From: Selaginella moellendorffii
Lineage: Eukaryota; Plantae; Lycopodiophyta
DNA length: 64,000 bases
NCBI RefSeq assembly: GCF_000143415.4
Contig: NW_003314430.1
Location: forward strand, 1-64,000
Direction: 5' to 3'
Part shown: piece by piece, positions 1 to 13,913 of the stretch
How positions within the stretch are numbered: position 1 is the stretch's first letter
How the letters are laid out: every line of letters begins with the position of its first letter
Position numbers and translations under genes: made by a program
The notes under the pieces: generated by a model
Told to the model about the DNA's origin: nothing
The model's database searches: none
The model's input: the letters and a program-made list of their open reading frames with translations, nothing else

Positions 1-1420
1 ACATCACAAAATCCCTAGGTTTGAGATATCATCTTGGCCAAGGCTGCCCCTTCTTTGCCTCGAATGCTGCAAAGGAGATCCAATGAACATTCTTCCACTA
101 TTATGGGTTGAAAACTTGTATGTTCCTTGTTTTCTTCACATCCCTCAACACCCCCACTATAGCTTTTTCCATAACATGTAGTGCTCTTCCCTACAGAATG
201 TCTTGTTATCCACTTTGAAGAGATTTTTAAAGAATAGAGGCTAATTCAGGTAGTCCTTAGCCTAACCCAACATCTCTCAACTGATTGGAAACTTGTTTCA
301 TAGCCTGAGAATCCCTTGGACCAGCGTGCCTCCCTTGACCACATGTTTTAGCCCTTTAGCAAAGAGCAAATGCAAATCCTCCATCCACTGTCTTGTAGTG
401 TTATATTTGGGCTAGATCACTAGTAGACTTTGCCTAAATATGAGCTTCCATGGCTGGTTACCTGGTTAGGAGAATTTTGTAGTATAGTGCCTTTGCCATG
501 TCACTTGGATCAATGATGCCAAGACTTCCCAAGATTCGTGGATTGCCAAATAATTTTTGCCATGATTCTCCCTATGACTAATGTGCCCTGCCATACATAT
601 TTACGTACCATCATGCATACCTTTTTAGGAGTGTGTTCAAGAATAGGTTAGATCTAAAGATGGTACCAAATAGATCAAGGTTATTGGGATAGAGAGGCAC
701 AAAAGAATGTTATCCTCTAGAGGCTTTAGATTTAAGCTAATAAAGATGCTATATTACAAGGTAAAAAGGTTGGAGTAATAACAAGCAATAGCTCCTTATG
801 CAATCTCTCGGAGCTTCTTAGAGGAGTTTCTAGCTTCAAAATGAAGTCTTGCTAGATAGTAATCTTCTCAAAAACAAGGAGAGTGAAGACATTGACAAAA
901 GCGAGGTAGGTGTAATGAGGACAAAAAGGTAATAGTAAACACTTATTGGTTTATTTCCAAAACTAGATTGTAATTCATATGATTTTCACCTTTTATCTTA
1001 TAGTGATTTACCATAGGATAACCACAAAGTAGAACCTAAACCCTCTATATGCCACATGCCACGTGTCCCCAAGGATAGTGGAGTGAAACCCAAGTTTCAG
1101 AGCCTTAGGCCACTGAATAAGGAACGGAGCCAAACTCCCATGCTTGTAACTAAGGAGTGAAGGAACTAAAACATAGAGTAACTCTTGAATGTTCAACCCA
1201 AAGAGTGAAGGGATATGAGCATGGAGGGACATTGAAACAGTCCTAAAGCATCCAACATCTCAATGCCAAGACCAACACGCAAAACGAAGACAAATGGAGT
1301 TTGGTGCTATTTTAGCATATCGAGAGCCTAACACGAGGATATAAATTCTCCACCAGCTAGCATAAAGAGAACGCTAGAAGGACAAACAAGGAAGCGGGAG
1401 CTAGACTACCTCCCTGCCCC
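1..1420. repeat. Decayed interspersed repeat; inverted homolog at ~36100-37546, partial modules also at ~6910-7126, 32570-33150, 39980-40281 and 52613-52800
   Basis: Reverse complement of 37441-37546 aligns with 1-105. ORFs 1008-1232(-) and 36245-36466(+) are clearly homologous. No intact coding function seen. Confidence 0.75.
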
Positions 1421-1796
1421 CCCTCCCCCTTTGAGGAATGCATGCTTTGGGCTTTCACCTTTAGCCATCCTTAGTATACTAGGAGTTAGTCTCTAGCACT
1501 AACTTGAAACTTACTAAATATGAAATGGCATTAGATTGCAAATTTGGACATGAAATGAACACAATTGTGTTCAAGACAATTTTTACATTTCGTAGATATG
1601 CCAAATTAGCAAATCTAGACACTTTCTATAAATAGCAATTGGGACCAAATGGAACTAACACAAGATGTATAATAGCAAGAGTGTTTAGAAGACATGGTAA
1701 ACTATCATTTAACAAATATTGAGGGATCAATCTCAATATCCCGAAGGTTCTCAACACTAGTAAGTGCAAGTTAACAACATAAGTTTTTTATCACTG

Positions 1797-4700
1797 TGTC
1801 AAGTATGCTTGACTAAATGACAGCTTAAGATTTCCTTCCTTAGTGCCCTTTTAATTTAAGTGCACATGTGATGACTAATTTCTCAACTAGCTTAGACGAA
1901 GACTAATAAAGGGTCTAGCAATACTGACCTCCTGCCGTCATGGCAGTAAAAAAAGAATACCTGAAAAGATTAGCCAATAGTTAACTTTTGATACCTGAAG
2001 TCATATTTGCAACACTTTCCCCCCTTAAGGAAGATCAACATCTTTATCGATGCATATTTGAGTCTAGACCACTAGTAAGGAAACAACTCTAGAAAAAGTT
2101 CACGATTATCACATTATGTGAAAAATGCATCAACTTAAATGAGTTAGGGTAACCTCTTTGTCAAACACAGATGCACTACCAACTCAAACACTTTCCGGTC
2201 ATTGCTAACAAGAAAATAACTAACAAAGTTAGCCACCTTTGTTGTTCTGGGTGTCATCCAACTTACAAAAGTGTGATACACCCTTGTTTGTAGGGACATA
2301 GAGAGAGAAGCCAAAGGCCCCAACCCTCATGAGCAAAGAAACCAAACCTATTAGTAACATTTGGATAGACTATTGTAAATAGGTTGTTATTTATATAGTC
2401 ATGCCCTTTTAACAAATTAAGGAACATCGATAAAGAGGTAGGTGATGTGACCAGTTGAAAGTAGCTACCCCATAACTAAAGATTTCATTATGCACACAAA
2501 GTGCCAAAGCTAATTTGCTTATATTGGCCCAAATCCAAGGATTAAAATATGGACAATATCAAAGTCAAAGACAATGATATCTTAAAGATTTTATTATCAA
2601 TGAATAAATCTTAAATCAGAACACAAAAGTATTCTAAGTAAGTTATTATCCAATGAACCATATATTAGAGTACTAAGATTATCATAAGTGGAAAATATAG
2701 AATTCACCATCCAATAAAATTCAATAGTAAAGATATCATCAAGAAAACTCAATGATAAAACTTAACTATCAAATATTATAGATAGCATGCTAAACAACTT
2801 ACATAAGATAACTCAAAGAACACAAAGTATCATTGATTGACAAACAAAATACTTGTAAATGTATTACCTAAAGGAAATAACATTTACTTATCAGAACTAA
2901 CCATAACAATAATTAGTAAAACAAAATGAATGCTACAAGACCAACAAACACTCATTCATGCCAACTATCACACTAGCTAATCTGAATAGATCTCAATCAA
3001 CCATACCAAGGAACTCAACTTGCTTAAGCAAGAGTTAGCAACATCCTAGTAATATCTCAACTTAAGAGACCAATCCAAAGTAAACCACAAAAAATATGTG
3101 GTAATGCAAAAAACCATAAGCTAATAAAGAGAACAACTAACTATCACAAAAGATCATTAATAATTGCTAGATACAAAACTAACTTCAATATCGAAGCTAA
3201 TAAGCTAAAATGCCAATCCTAACTTCTAACAAATGTAATAATAAGTATAAAACTCAAAGAACAAAAAGCTCGAAGAAGCCTATAGCCAAGTTTTGCCTTA
3301 CAATGATCATAAGTTTCACATGAATTAATTTCAATGCTAAAGAAGAAATCATGATACAACCTATAATATTCGTCTCAACACATTCATAAGCTAAACTTTA
3401 TAATGCAAAACTAATGAAGAGTATATTTGCATCAATCCAAAAGCCTAACACAATGAAGTTATACTCAATAAGTGATCACTAAATGATCCTTCATGAATCC
3501 ATCTTCTATAGTAAGACGTAACTCACTTTATAACAAGCACAAGAAAAATTATCAATGATTGATATAGCCTAAACTCAAATCCAACAAGGATTCAAATATT
3601 TCAATGTTGATCACTAACTCTTCCTCTTGTAAAGTTAGCATAATCCATGATTAAATCACTTTTTAAGGAAAAACTAAAGCTCAACCCCTACTAAATAATC
3701 TTATTTAAAACACAACTAACGCAATTTGCCACTTAGTTCATTTGAATATTAATATAGTTGCTAACTAGCATATGCATGAATGCTAATAACACAAAACCAC
3801 AACCCAAATATTAACACTATTTACATCAAAACTAATAAAACTTAATATCAATCCTATGGAGAGACATTTCATCTCATTCGAATTTTAACATCAATAATAT
3901 CAACAACAAAACATCACTTCAATGCTATGAACACCATAACAAAGCTAGCAAAAAGTAAAAGTGAATCACCACTTAAAGCTCTCTAGCAACCAAGCTAACC
4001 AACATTAAAGATACCTTAGTCAGTATTTGAGACTAATCCTTCAACAATACTTAGTTACAAATAATACATCATCAAAGAGTAATTCACCACGTTCAAGACT
4101 TAATGAAATCTAACACCACGGATTAAACGAAACCAAATGATATCAATAGAGGTAAAGTCAACATGCCAACATAGAAAAACCACGTAAGTTTAACGACACG
4201 ATCTTCTGCAACACCATTCAGTAAAGCAAACCCATCACTGATAAATTTTTATCAAGTGAAGCAAATGTCAAAAGTCCTCGACAAAGTTTACAAGCAATCA
4301 TTAGTTGCAAACCAATTAACAATCACTCTTCAACTTGCCTTCACAAGATCCAAATACTAAACTTATATCATCGAGTCATATACTTGTTTAACAAGAAGGT
4401 AACACCTCAGGTACATAGACAAATACGAACTAAATGACCACTCGAATCCAATTCAAGCTTATTAATGCATTTATCCAACAACTCTAAGCATGTCTTGAAG
4501 AGGCTAGTTATGCTTGATCAACACTTAATCAAAACTAAAGTGAAGACCATGAGATAGATTTATATCGGTACACAACCTCCTTATAAACAAAGCTATAGTA
4601 CAAATATTAACACCTCAATCTCAAACAACTAAATTGGACACCATTATCCTCAACCAAGGCACAGGGCCGCCAAGATTAAGTCAAGATCACTAAGAACTCA

Positions 4701-6845
4701 CTACTCTCATAGAGTTTAACAAAATGCAAAGTGCAACCTACCATCTAACTTAATGCTAAAAAAGAAAGGCACAAATGTCACCTTTTTAGAAAAGTGCAAT
4801 GGCCACTTTTTTACACCAACTCTAGACTTTATTCAACTTAATTGCCTAGCCCCAAAAGTCAACATCCCTTTCGGGCCGCATCATACAAACTACCTACTAA
4901 AATCTAAGTCAACCGAATATAAGGAACCAAAAAAAACGACTTGAAAGACAATCCATGGGGTTCAAATATAAAAGGAAAGGGCCTATGAAAAAAAGTGCAC
5001 CCCCTTTTCCAATCGGTTAAGGGTCTTGGGATATTTGGGGTTAAGCATCATTGGGCTAAGTGATCTCCTGAGAATTCCAAATTCAAGAGTTTACATTTGG
5101 TATCAAAGAGGGTCTCAAGTCCGACTCTATTAGTTAGATTGGGGAATCGCCCCATATGTTAATTGACATCTGGCAGGTCCAACTTGCTCCTGTTGGGCTC
5201 AACTCGAGGGGTAAGGTGTCAAGAGAGCAGAGCTCTTGGAAGAGCTATAGCTCTCAACTTCCGTTCACGAGGGCGTGAACTTGCAGAGAAGCATGATGGA
5301 TTGTAAACAACCAAAAAGAAACACTTGAGAGACAACCCATAGAGTTCAAATATAGAGGGAAAGGGTCCATGAAAAAGAATACACCCCCTTTTCCAATTAG
5401 TTAAGGGTGTTGGGATATTTAGGGTTAAATGTCATTGGGTTTAAATAGTACTAGGTTGTATGACCTCCTAAGAAATCTAAATTCAGGAGCTTACACCGAA
5501 GTCAACTCTAACCCATTCATTATTTTGTACTAGCTTACGAAAACAAAATGGTTTTCGAGCAAAATGATCAACATATCAGCCATTGAAAAAGTCTAGAAAA
5601 TTTGTGGCACAAATTTTCTATCCTAGAGAAAAAATGGCTTTTAGTTTATGAATACAAATTCTCAAAGTTAACCAACTTCCTCTTACTAACAACTTCACAT
5701 AGGTTCACCTCAATATAAATTTTTATGATACAACAATATGCTTAAGCATTGAATACTATGTCCATATTTCTGACATCCAAAACTGACATCCGCCAAAATG
5801 CAAATGAATACCTAAGACCCAATCATGAAGACCATATCTTTGGATATCTATATTGCATTAACATTATTCTTCATTCGCCTTCAAGATCCAATATGAAGCT
5901 AAAACACTAACAAAAAAAATAACATGAAAAATCAAGGTCTAAAGAAAATTTCTCGTCACTCGAAACAATAATACCACTTCCATTAACACAAATGCTAACA
6001 ATGTCAATGCCTCAACTACACACCTTCTCTATTTAACAATCTACTCAAAGTGCTAACAGATAAACTAACGAACTATAGTAAGTGAATGCTATAACTCTTT
6101 CTAACACCTTATAGGCAAGCCCTAAAGGAAACAAGGTACCAACTCAAACTTGACATAATGGACTATCATTGAGAATCCAGTCAACCCTACTATAATGCTA
6201 CTACATGTAAATAGACTAACTTCACCATCAACCACTTTGGGGTTGATTATTGTTTAACCAAGCAACTTCGTAAACACATTACTCACTATCACATGGATAT
6301 GATATAAAAATCATAATCATTTGATCATTAATTGAGCAACACTATAAGCAACGCTCATGTCATTGATACAAAGGTTTATGTGCCAACTTGATTTGACAAA
6401 ATACAACATAAATACCACACCCCATCAATAAAGATTTACAACACCCAACACCACTAACTTTTGTTCACAACATGGACAAGTTTATACTACTCTTTATCTG
6501 ACCATACTCATATAATCTAACACCAAACTACTCAAGGAGCAATAACAAAGTTTCCCAGAAAAGAATTGAGCATTGTAATCCAAGTCTTTAATAGCAAGCC
6601 TAGACAAAATGGTTTAACACTTCACTGTGTTAAGTATGCTTGACTAAATGACAATTTAGGATTTCTTTCATTAGTGCCCTTCCAGTTTAAATGCATATGT
6701 GATGACCAGTTTCTCAATTAGCTTAAGCAGAGACTAATAAATGGTCCAGCAATACTGACCTCCTGCTGTTGTGGCAGTAAAAAAAGAATGTCTGAAAGGA
6801 CTAGCCGACAGGTAACTTTCAATACCCAAAGTCACATTCGCAACA
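1797..6845 (-). mobile_element. Highly decayed LTR retrotransposon, probably Ty1/Copia-like
   Basis: Two 218-bp direct repeats (1797-2014, 6628-6845) bounded by TG..CA. A polypurine tract lies on the minus strand next to the left one (2015-2030). Minus-strand remnants LLAYGFLH (~3105-3125) and FLDDIFT (~2725-2750) resemble the Copia RT motifs RLVAKGF and YVDD. No TSD found. Confidence 0.5.
4918..5495 (+). mobile_element. TRIM (terminal-repeat retrotransposon in miniature)
   Basis: LTRs 4918-5095 and 5302-5495 both end in TTACA. tRNA-Met-type PBS TGGTATCAAAG at ~5098, ~200 bp non-coding interior, perfect 5-bp TSD CCGAA (4913-4917 and 5496-5500). Confidence 0.9.
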
Positions 6846-7126
6846 TGGATCTAAATAAGATTTCAACTCCATCTTAAGAAAGTGTTGTTATAATTGGTAA
6901 GATATGCTTATCAAGGAACGAATATGAAGTTATAGTACCTACATATACCCACTTAGATCATTGTTTTCATCTTTACGTATGCAACAAAACTAGTTGCCCA
7001 ATCTCATTTGATAGTACTTGCTGAGACGTATTTTGTAACACCAAATGTAACGCATGTGGTTTTAACCCTTTATCCTATAGGATAACCACAAAGCAGAACC
7101 TAAACCCTCACTATGCCACATGTCAC

Positions 7127-10100
7127 TGTAAGGAACCAACTCACCAAGGTGTCGTAGGCTAAAGGATCCCCGAAAGCATGACCAAAATGAAAAAGAGTTC
7201 ATCGGATGGGACCGAGTCTAAGATCGAGTCTAAGACCGACTCTAAAACCGAGTTTGAGATAAAGTCCGGAATCGAGTCCGAGGCCGACTCGGAGACCGAG
7301 TTCAAGACCGAGTTCGAGACCGAGTTCGAGACGGAGTCCGAGATCCGAAATCGGGTCCGAGACCGAGTCCAAGGTCGAGTTCGAGGTCAGGTCTGAGATC
7401 GGGTCCGAGATCGAGTCCAGGATCGAGTCCGAGACCGAATCCGAAGTCGGATCCGAGATCGGGTCCGAGATCAAGCCAGAGACTAAGTCCAAGTACTATT
7501 ACAGGTCAAGGGGTGAAAGCCCAAAGCATGCATCTCCCAGGGGGGGGGGGCTGCAAGGGGTTCCAAAAGTATAGTAGGGATAATGAGGTCCAGGAACCAG
7601 TTTTGAAGGAACTCTCTAGTGGGGCTTCCAAACTGACTTGAGGTTGGGACTGGGACTGAGGGGCCTTGGGTGGGAATGAGCATGGACTTGGTTGGTGCCG
7701 AAGGGGCCATCCAAGGAAGTGCTCAAGAGCAACTCCCACTCCCGAAAGGGAAACCGATTGCGGTGCTCCCGGCTCATGTGGAGTGGTGCCCCACTTGAGT
7801 ACCATGAGGCTCATTGGTCCTCGCCCTTCCTAGGGGCTTGGACCTTCCCTTCGGGATGGAAGTGGGGGGGTAGAGGTACCCATACTGGGCCATTAGGCCA
7901 CAGTGTTTCGCCCCGGCGTCCTGAAGCAAGTGTTGCACCCAAGACTTGGGATTTAGAGGGTCCCATGATCAAGTCTTGTGGTACAAAGGGATGTTAGGAA
8001 CCTAGAAGCTTGGTGTGCTTGGCTACTTATGCTTGTGGGGAGTGTAGCCGAACCTTAAGTCCAGTCTAACCCGGGGAGGGGGATTGGGAGAGATTTGGGA
8101 ATCCGTGGATGGATAGCTAACAGTCCGTTGCTTGTGCAGTGAGTAGCTGAAACCAAGTAGGACCAAGTAGGAGCTGGTACCATAGGCAGGAACCTTGGCA
8201 AGGGAACTTAGCAAAAGCCAAGGCAGTGTTGGACGGATAGACAAGGTAAGCTGGCAAATTGGAAAGGAAAAATTTGTGGCTTACAATTTGGTATCAGAGC
8301 CTTTTCCTCAGTTTTAGTGAAGGATAGAGGCGGATTGCTAGGAGATGGCAAAGGCAAGGCAGAAACGAACCAAGCCGGAGATGGAACCTCCTCTAGAGTT
8401 GGAGCCTCTAGTCGAACAAGAGGCTATGGATGAGGAATCCTTGCATGAGGAAGACTCCAGTGAGGAAATTTCAAATAGGAGTCCGGTGGTGAGGTTCAGT
8501 CGTCCAAGGTTTAATTGGACGTTCTAGAAGGACAATTGGCACAGACTAATGCCCTGCTGGAGACTCTCGTGCGCAAGCTAAAGCATGACGAGAAGCGGAA
8601 GAAAAGGCAAAAGACTGCGATGCTGGTAGCGCAGAAGGTGCGGACCCTTCGGCAGGGACTGAGGCAAAACAAGAGAAGGTCGAACAGACCGAAGTGGAAT
8701 CAGTCCCACAAACAGTGCCCAAGTACAAACCAAAGCCCCCACCGATCTTCAAGGGAGTGAACGACTATAAGGTGGTGGAGGATTGGTTTTACGATATGGA
8801 GGACTACTTCCGAGCGTTGCGGTTACCGAGCTCGGAGAAGGTCCCATGTGCAAAACCATACTTGGCAAATAATGCCAAGTCTTGGTGGAGAACGACGGAG
8901 GCCAACGAAGGACCGGTGGCCACTTGGGACATGATGAAGGCGAGGATCTACGCAACATACGTTCCTCCGAATGCCACTCTGCATCTAAGAGATGAGTTGA
9001 GTAGGCTGAAGTAGATTGGAACCATCCAGGAGTATGTGAATGGGTTCATGGCAAAAAGGATACTTGTCATAGACATGGGGGATATGGATGCATTCCATGC
9101 CTTCATATCGGGCTTGCAAACCTAGGCTCGCGGCAAGGTGATGCAATGGAACCTGACCAATTACAAAGAAGCGTTGGATGTGGCTATCAAGGTGCATTTT
9201 AACGATAACCTGTGAAAGGGGAACACGATGGGGTCGGGGTCCACGTTTAGCAAAGGGGCCAAACCAAGGGGAACATATAGCAAAGGGAAATTCAAAAAGA
9301 GTTTCTCTAAGAATGAGTCCTCTAGGTTCCAGAAAGGCAAATCCGGTGGCCAGCGAGCAAGTACGTGGGGGAGTCAAGCAAAAAGAGACAAACCCACGGA
9401 TAAGAAAGTCAAGTCATTTAGCAGCGTGGGAAACAACATATGCTATAACTGCAGTGAAGCGGAACACTTTTCGAGGGAATGTCCCTACCCGAAGAAGGCC
9501 AGAGCCAATATGGCCATTAAGTCGGGTGAAGTCCAAATTAAGGTATGTGATCCAATCCCTAGTTCAAAGTTACTCATTACATGAGCAACTTTGGTAGAGA
9601 GTCATTCGCGACATTTACTAGCCCTCCGAGAGAAGCTGGGAGGTAGCTTTGTTAAGATCCTTATTCACACAGGTGCTTCGGATAATTTTGTGGCTGCAGA
9701 CATAGTCCGGCAAGTCGGACTAACAGTGCAGCGGCTGGGCAAACCAAGGACTATAGAGTTTGTTCAAGGTAGCCAAAGCACTGATGAGGTACTTCAACAA
9801 GCGAGAGTCGAAGTAGAGACTTGGAAAGTAGACATGGATTTCACCGTGTTGGACATGGCGGGATTTGACGTGATCTTCAGGATGGATTGGTTTAATTGGT
9901 TCGTGGTAGCCCTGCATGGACAAGGTAAGAACCTTGTGGTATTAGCGAATGCCCAAGGAAGAAGATCCAGGGTGGAGGCCCAGGATCTAAAGGTAGGACA
10001 ATGTAAGGCCAAAGATTCGTGCTTAAACCTGGTGTCCATGAGAGGACAACTCACTAAAGGGATTAAGGCTGCATTTTTGTGCTTACTCTCGGTGAGAAGT

Positions 10101-10200
10101 GACAAAAAGACAGGAATGGAAGAAGTACCTTTAGTGATCCAACGGGTGTTGGACCAATTCCGGGATACCATGCCGGAGGAGCTACTGGCGGGGTTGCCCC
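7127..10200 (+). mobile_element. 3'-truncated Ty3/Gypsy element (LTR, PBS, degenerate gag and protease); same family as 40282-52612
   Basis: LTR 7127-8285 (TGTAAG..TTACA), PBS TGGTATCAGAGC 8289-8300, gag fragments with CCHC knuckle (CYNCSEAEHFSREC), protease-like ORF 9591 onward. Breaks off just before RT. Confidence 0.92.
7211..7492 (+). repeat. 6/12-bp period tandem array (GAGTCC/GAGATC/GAGACC) inside the Gypsy LTR; also at 40367-40590
   Basis: Directly visible hexamer periodicity. Confidence 0.9.
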
Positions 10201-12848
10201 CCACACCCTTCACCACTCTACACATATTGTTATCATAATCATTCAAATGTGGTTGAACTTCCCTAATTTCATCCATTTCTATGCTTGATTTGTTAAATCT
10301 TTCTTGCTCACTAGGTGGTTGTGCATGAAATTTCTCAAATACGTTCAACCATTAAATTTCATCTTTAAACTAAGATTTTTAAAAGCTAAGTCCAAAACTA
10401 TACAGCATAAATAGTATAAAAGCACCAAGTTATTATACATAGTTAATTGATAAATTTTCCATTTATCTAATTCTCAGCCAATCTCCATTACCCCAAAGAC
10501 CTTTAAATTATTATTCAATCTAAAGGATAACCAACTTTGATGCAAAAATATCCAAGTCAAACTTGGTAATCCACATGTTATGAATTTAACATATGTTCTA
10601 GGGGAAATTCAAGAGCAAAAATCAATCTAAAGATTAAAAAGGGGGAAGAGAAGAATTAAACTTATAAGCCTATAAACTCTACTTGCTCTTTGGATCTTAA
10701 GTGCAATTTTTTTTATCTTCTTAGTGAGAACCATAGATAATACAAATAGATGTTGATTCTTTCAAAGATAGAAAAGCTCAATGAGGTATATGGAAAAAGA
10801 TTGTTAAAAGATTTATCAATTAAATAAAACTTATAAAAAGCAATGAGATTTCTACTATTTTTTGTATAAGAGTTCAATATAATAATGCTCATTGAATATA
10901 TGCTTAATCACCTTACTCTACCTATATTGAAGTATAAGAGAGCCCAAAGTTAAGCTCAATCACCTTACTCTACCTGTATTGAGGTATAAGAGAGCCCAAA
11001 GTTACAATTACTTTACTCTACCTGTATTGAAGTATAGGAGAGCATAAAGTTACAAGTAATACAACCCCAACCCCATGAGGTAACCCAATCTAGAATTATT
11101 CAAAACCAAGGACGCTTAACCCAAATCTTATAATACTTTTAACCGATTGAAAAAGGGGTGCATTTTGTTTATAGACTCTTTCCTTTTATATTTAGACCAT
11201 ATACTAGAATCATTTAATATCCTCTTTAATCAACTAAAAGCCATGTTTTCTTTATGAAATGCCACCTTATAAACCTTTTTTAAATGACCCTTAAAACTTA
11301 TATATATATTTTAGAAGACCACCTAGCTACATATCATTGAGCTTCCTAATGTACTTGGAGAGTTGTATGTTTAAAGTTTAGCTTTTTGACTCATAAAGCA
11401 CACAAACTATCATGTTGCACTTGAAAGTCCCCATCCATGATATGCTCAAATGGGACTAGGGTGATAAATAGCCATACCACTAGAGCAATATCCTAATATA
11501 CAGATTCTTGTCTTGGTGAAAAGAGTTTTAAAAAGCCATATTAGAGCCTGGAAATAGGCATTCTCTCCAGTGCCATAACCACGCTCTACAAGAGCTTTCA
11601 TAATAAAGTGGTGTGCAAAATTAACAGGTAAGAGATTACTGAAGTTTCAAATGGGGTAACCACAGGTTAGTTAAGGTTCAAATCTAGATAGAGATATAGG
11701 GATTGGATTGGAAATTTCATGCACAAGGATTTCTCCATTCATGAGCTTTGTGAGCTTGAGCAAGGTAACAACACCTGTTCATCAAGCTTTTTTACAGCAC
11801 CACTCTCATTGCCATTGTCTATGATGGGCATATCTTGGACATGGGTATCAACTGTGACAACACTACATTGGGATGGAGTTAAAATCTTATTTAGATCCAG
11901 CTCCATAAAAAACTAACAAACACCTACTATTACTTTCTTATCTTGATTACACCCTCTCTCACTTTTATCAATGTTTTTACTCTCTTTGTCTTTGAGAAGA
12001 CTACTAGCTAGCAATACCTTATTTTGAGTATAGTTCAAAAATTGTATGGCTACACAATTGGTTTGAAGCTAAAAACTCCTTTAAAAAATTCCAAGAGATT
12101 ACATAAAGAGTTTGGTTATTATTACTCTAGCCTCTTTAACCTTGTAGCATACATTGAAGGCTTCTAGAGGATGACATTTTTTATGCCTCCCCATCACACA
12201 ATAACTCTTGAGTCATATCCTTAGAATTTGTGTACTATGGGCCCAAATGCTTAGTTGTTCTGGGGGCACTAAGGGCATATTTAGGAGTCCCCTAGGTGAC
12301 AATTTAGAGTCTTGTAGGATAATTTGCTATGCTATGTAGTAATAATTGTTTTTGGAAAATAATGCTTTATTATTTTTTTTTAAAAAAAAAATTAAATTTT
12401 TTTTTAATAAAATAAAACATTTTACTAGAAATATTTTAACAAGAAGTGCCTTTATGGTTGAAGCTTTAGACTAAGCTCTAGTGGCCAGAAATATTGTATA
12501 GTTCCTTACTCTGATTCTTTAGGTAGAAGTTGCATCTGAGCAAGATATTGAAAAGTAGAGGCAAAAGTTCAATTATAATTGTTGAGAAAGAGGGCCTAAG
12601 AATAACATGATTTTTATTAGTGATAATTAAGAATAATAATATTAAACTTTAATTAGCAACGGATTAGAGAAAATTTTAAAAGGAGAAAATCACAACAGTT
12701 CATTATTAGTGGATCATGAATTTGTGAGACAATCCAAGAACTGACTGGTGAAACAAATGGGCTGGAGACCTTCGAGATAATAGATTCAAACACAGAGAAA
12801 GAAAAAGTTTGGCAATTGTTTTCCTCGGGGATTGGCTCCAGTGGTGGC

Positions 12849-13039
12849 GATCCCATTGGAAAAGCCCTGGGTGATTGTGGAGTGGAATCAGTTTATGGTA
12901 GAAATGTGGAGGATGCCAAGGGCAGTCCCACTCCCACTGCCCCATTAATGTGTATCTGCCAATCAACATTTGAGATGCAAGGAAAAATTGTACAGTAGCC
13001 AGGGTGACAGGTGGAAATACTCACCAGATACTACAAGAT
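12849..13039 (-). pseudogene. Decayed tRNA-Asp 5' half followed by collapsed antisense fragments of the oxygenase 3' CDS
   Basis: Reverse complement reads ATCTTGTAGTATCTGGTGAGTATTTCCACCTGTCAC (tRNA-Asp-like, no B box), then 15-30 nt blocks matching 14970-15205. Confidence 0.75.
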
Positions 13040-13279
13040 TGGACTGTAAACAAACCAGGTAGATAACCAGGTAGAAAAGCATGCTAAGGGTTCGGCAATG
13101 TTATTCTTTTCGGGCGGTCTTAGGCTTGCAAGTGATTTGTCGTTGACTTGCGCATTGTAAACAAGGATGTGTAAACGTTTTGGTAGGACCAGCATGGACC
13201 AGCTAATGGAAAACGTGCAACTTATGGGACATACTGGTTACGTGCACGGAATAACATATGGTGAACCATGGAATTAAAA

Positions 13280-13820
13280 ATGTGAGATGTGATCTCTGTA
13301 GGATAAATACCTCTTCTCCTGCCCCTGTTTCATAACCCACAGAGGAGTGTAGAAAGCAAAAGCTGTTTTCAGGACCGATCAAACAGTTTTCATTTCCAAA
13401 TGGCTGCAATCTTGTTGATGACCGTGTTGCTCATGATGGCTGGAAGATGGTGTGCATTGGCAAGAGAAAAGATAGAGTGAGATTTCTAGCGTCACTCCAC
13501 CCCGTGAGAGATGCCCACAAGATCTTGTGGTATATGTACTGGGTGGAATTCCCCTTCCCCTCACAAAAGACGCTCGAGTTTGGCACCATTCATATCTTGG
13601 TTAGTTTGTGCCAACATGAATCTCCAGGTGTGGTCATAGCTCCTACACCGATCAAAGCCAGCTTGCGCGAGGTAAAGTTCGTTTTCGTTTTCTCTGCTTT
13701 GTGCTACTTGAGCTACTGCTGCAGGATATCTATGCGAAGGTCATGTAAGAGGCCAAGACTTTGGAACTCACTCGGAGGTGGAGTTTTTGTCATCCCCAAG
13801 AGCTGTGCAGACGTTTCCTG
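13280..13820 (+). pseudogene. Truncated chimeric oxygenase copy (promoter plus first ~190 nt of CDS fused to sequence shared with 30530-30690)
   Basis: ATG at 13400 is followed by a 7-nt deletion frameshift. MVCIGKRK..LEFGTI homology ends at ~13589 and is followed by HESPGVVIAPT sequence also found at 30600-30690(-). Confidence 0.88.
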
Positions 13821-13913
13821 AGCCGACAGTCCATGAAATTCACTTTAGGACATAGAAATCATTTAAACATATATTCAACTCTATCAAGTATTAAAATGTC
13901 TGTTCAGCAATTG

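Noticed and set aside
7178-7492. Repetitive ORFs (ETEFETE.., LGLELG..), also at 40314-40676
   Set aside because: Translations of the hexamer array in the LTR; no coding evidence.
10900-11050. Three ~50-60 bp repeats (also 22250-22390 and 25610-25740) superficially like a CRISPR array
   Set aside because: Simple tandem repeats without unique spacers, in eukaryotic DNA with no cas genes.
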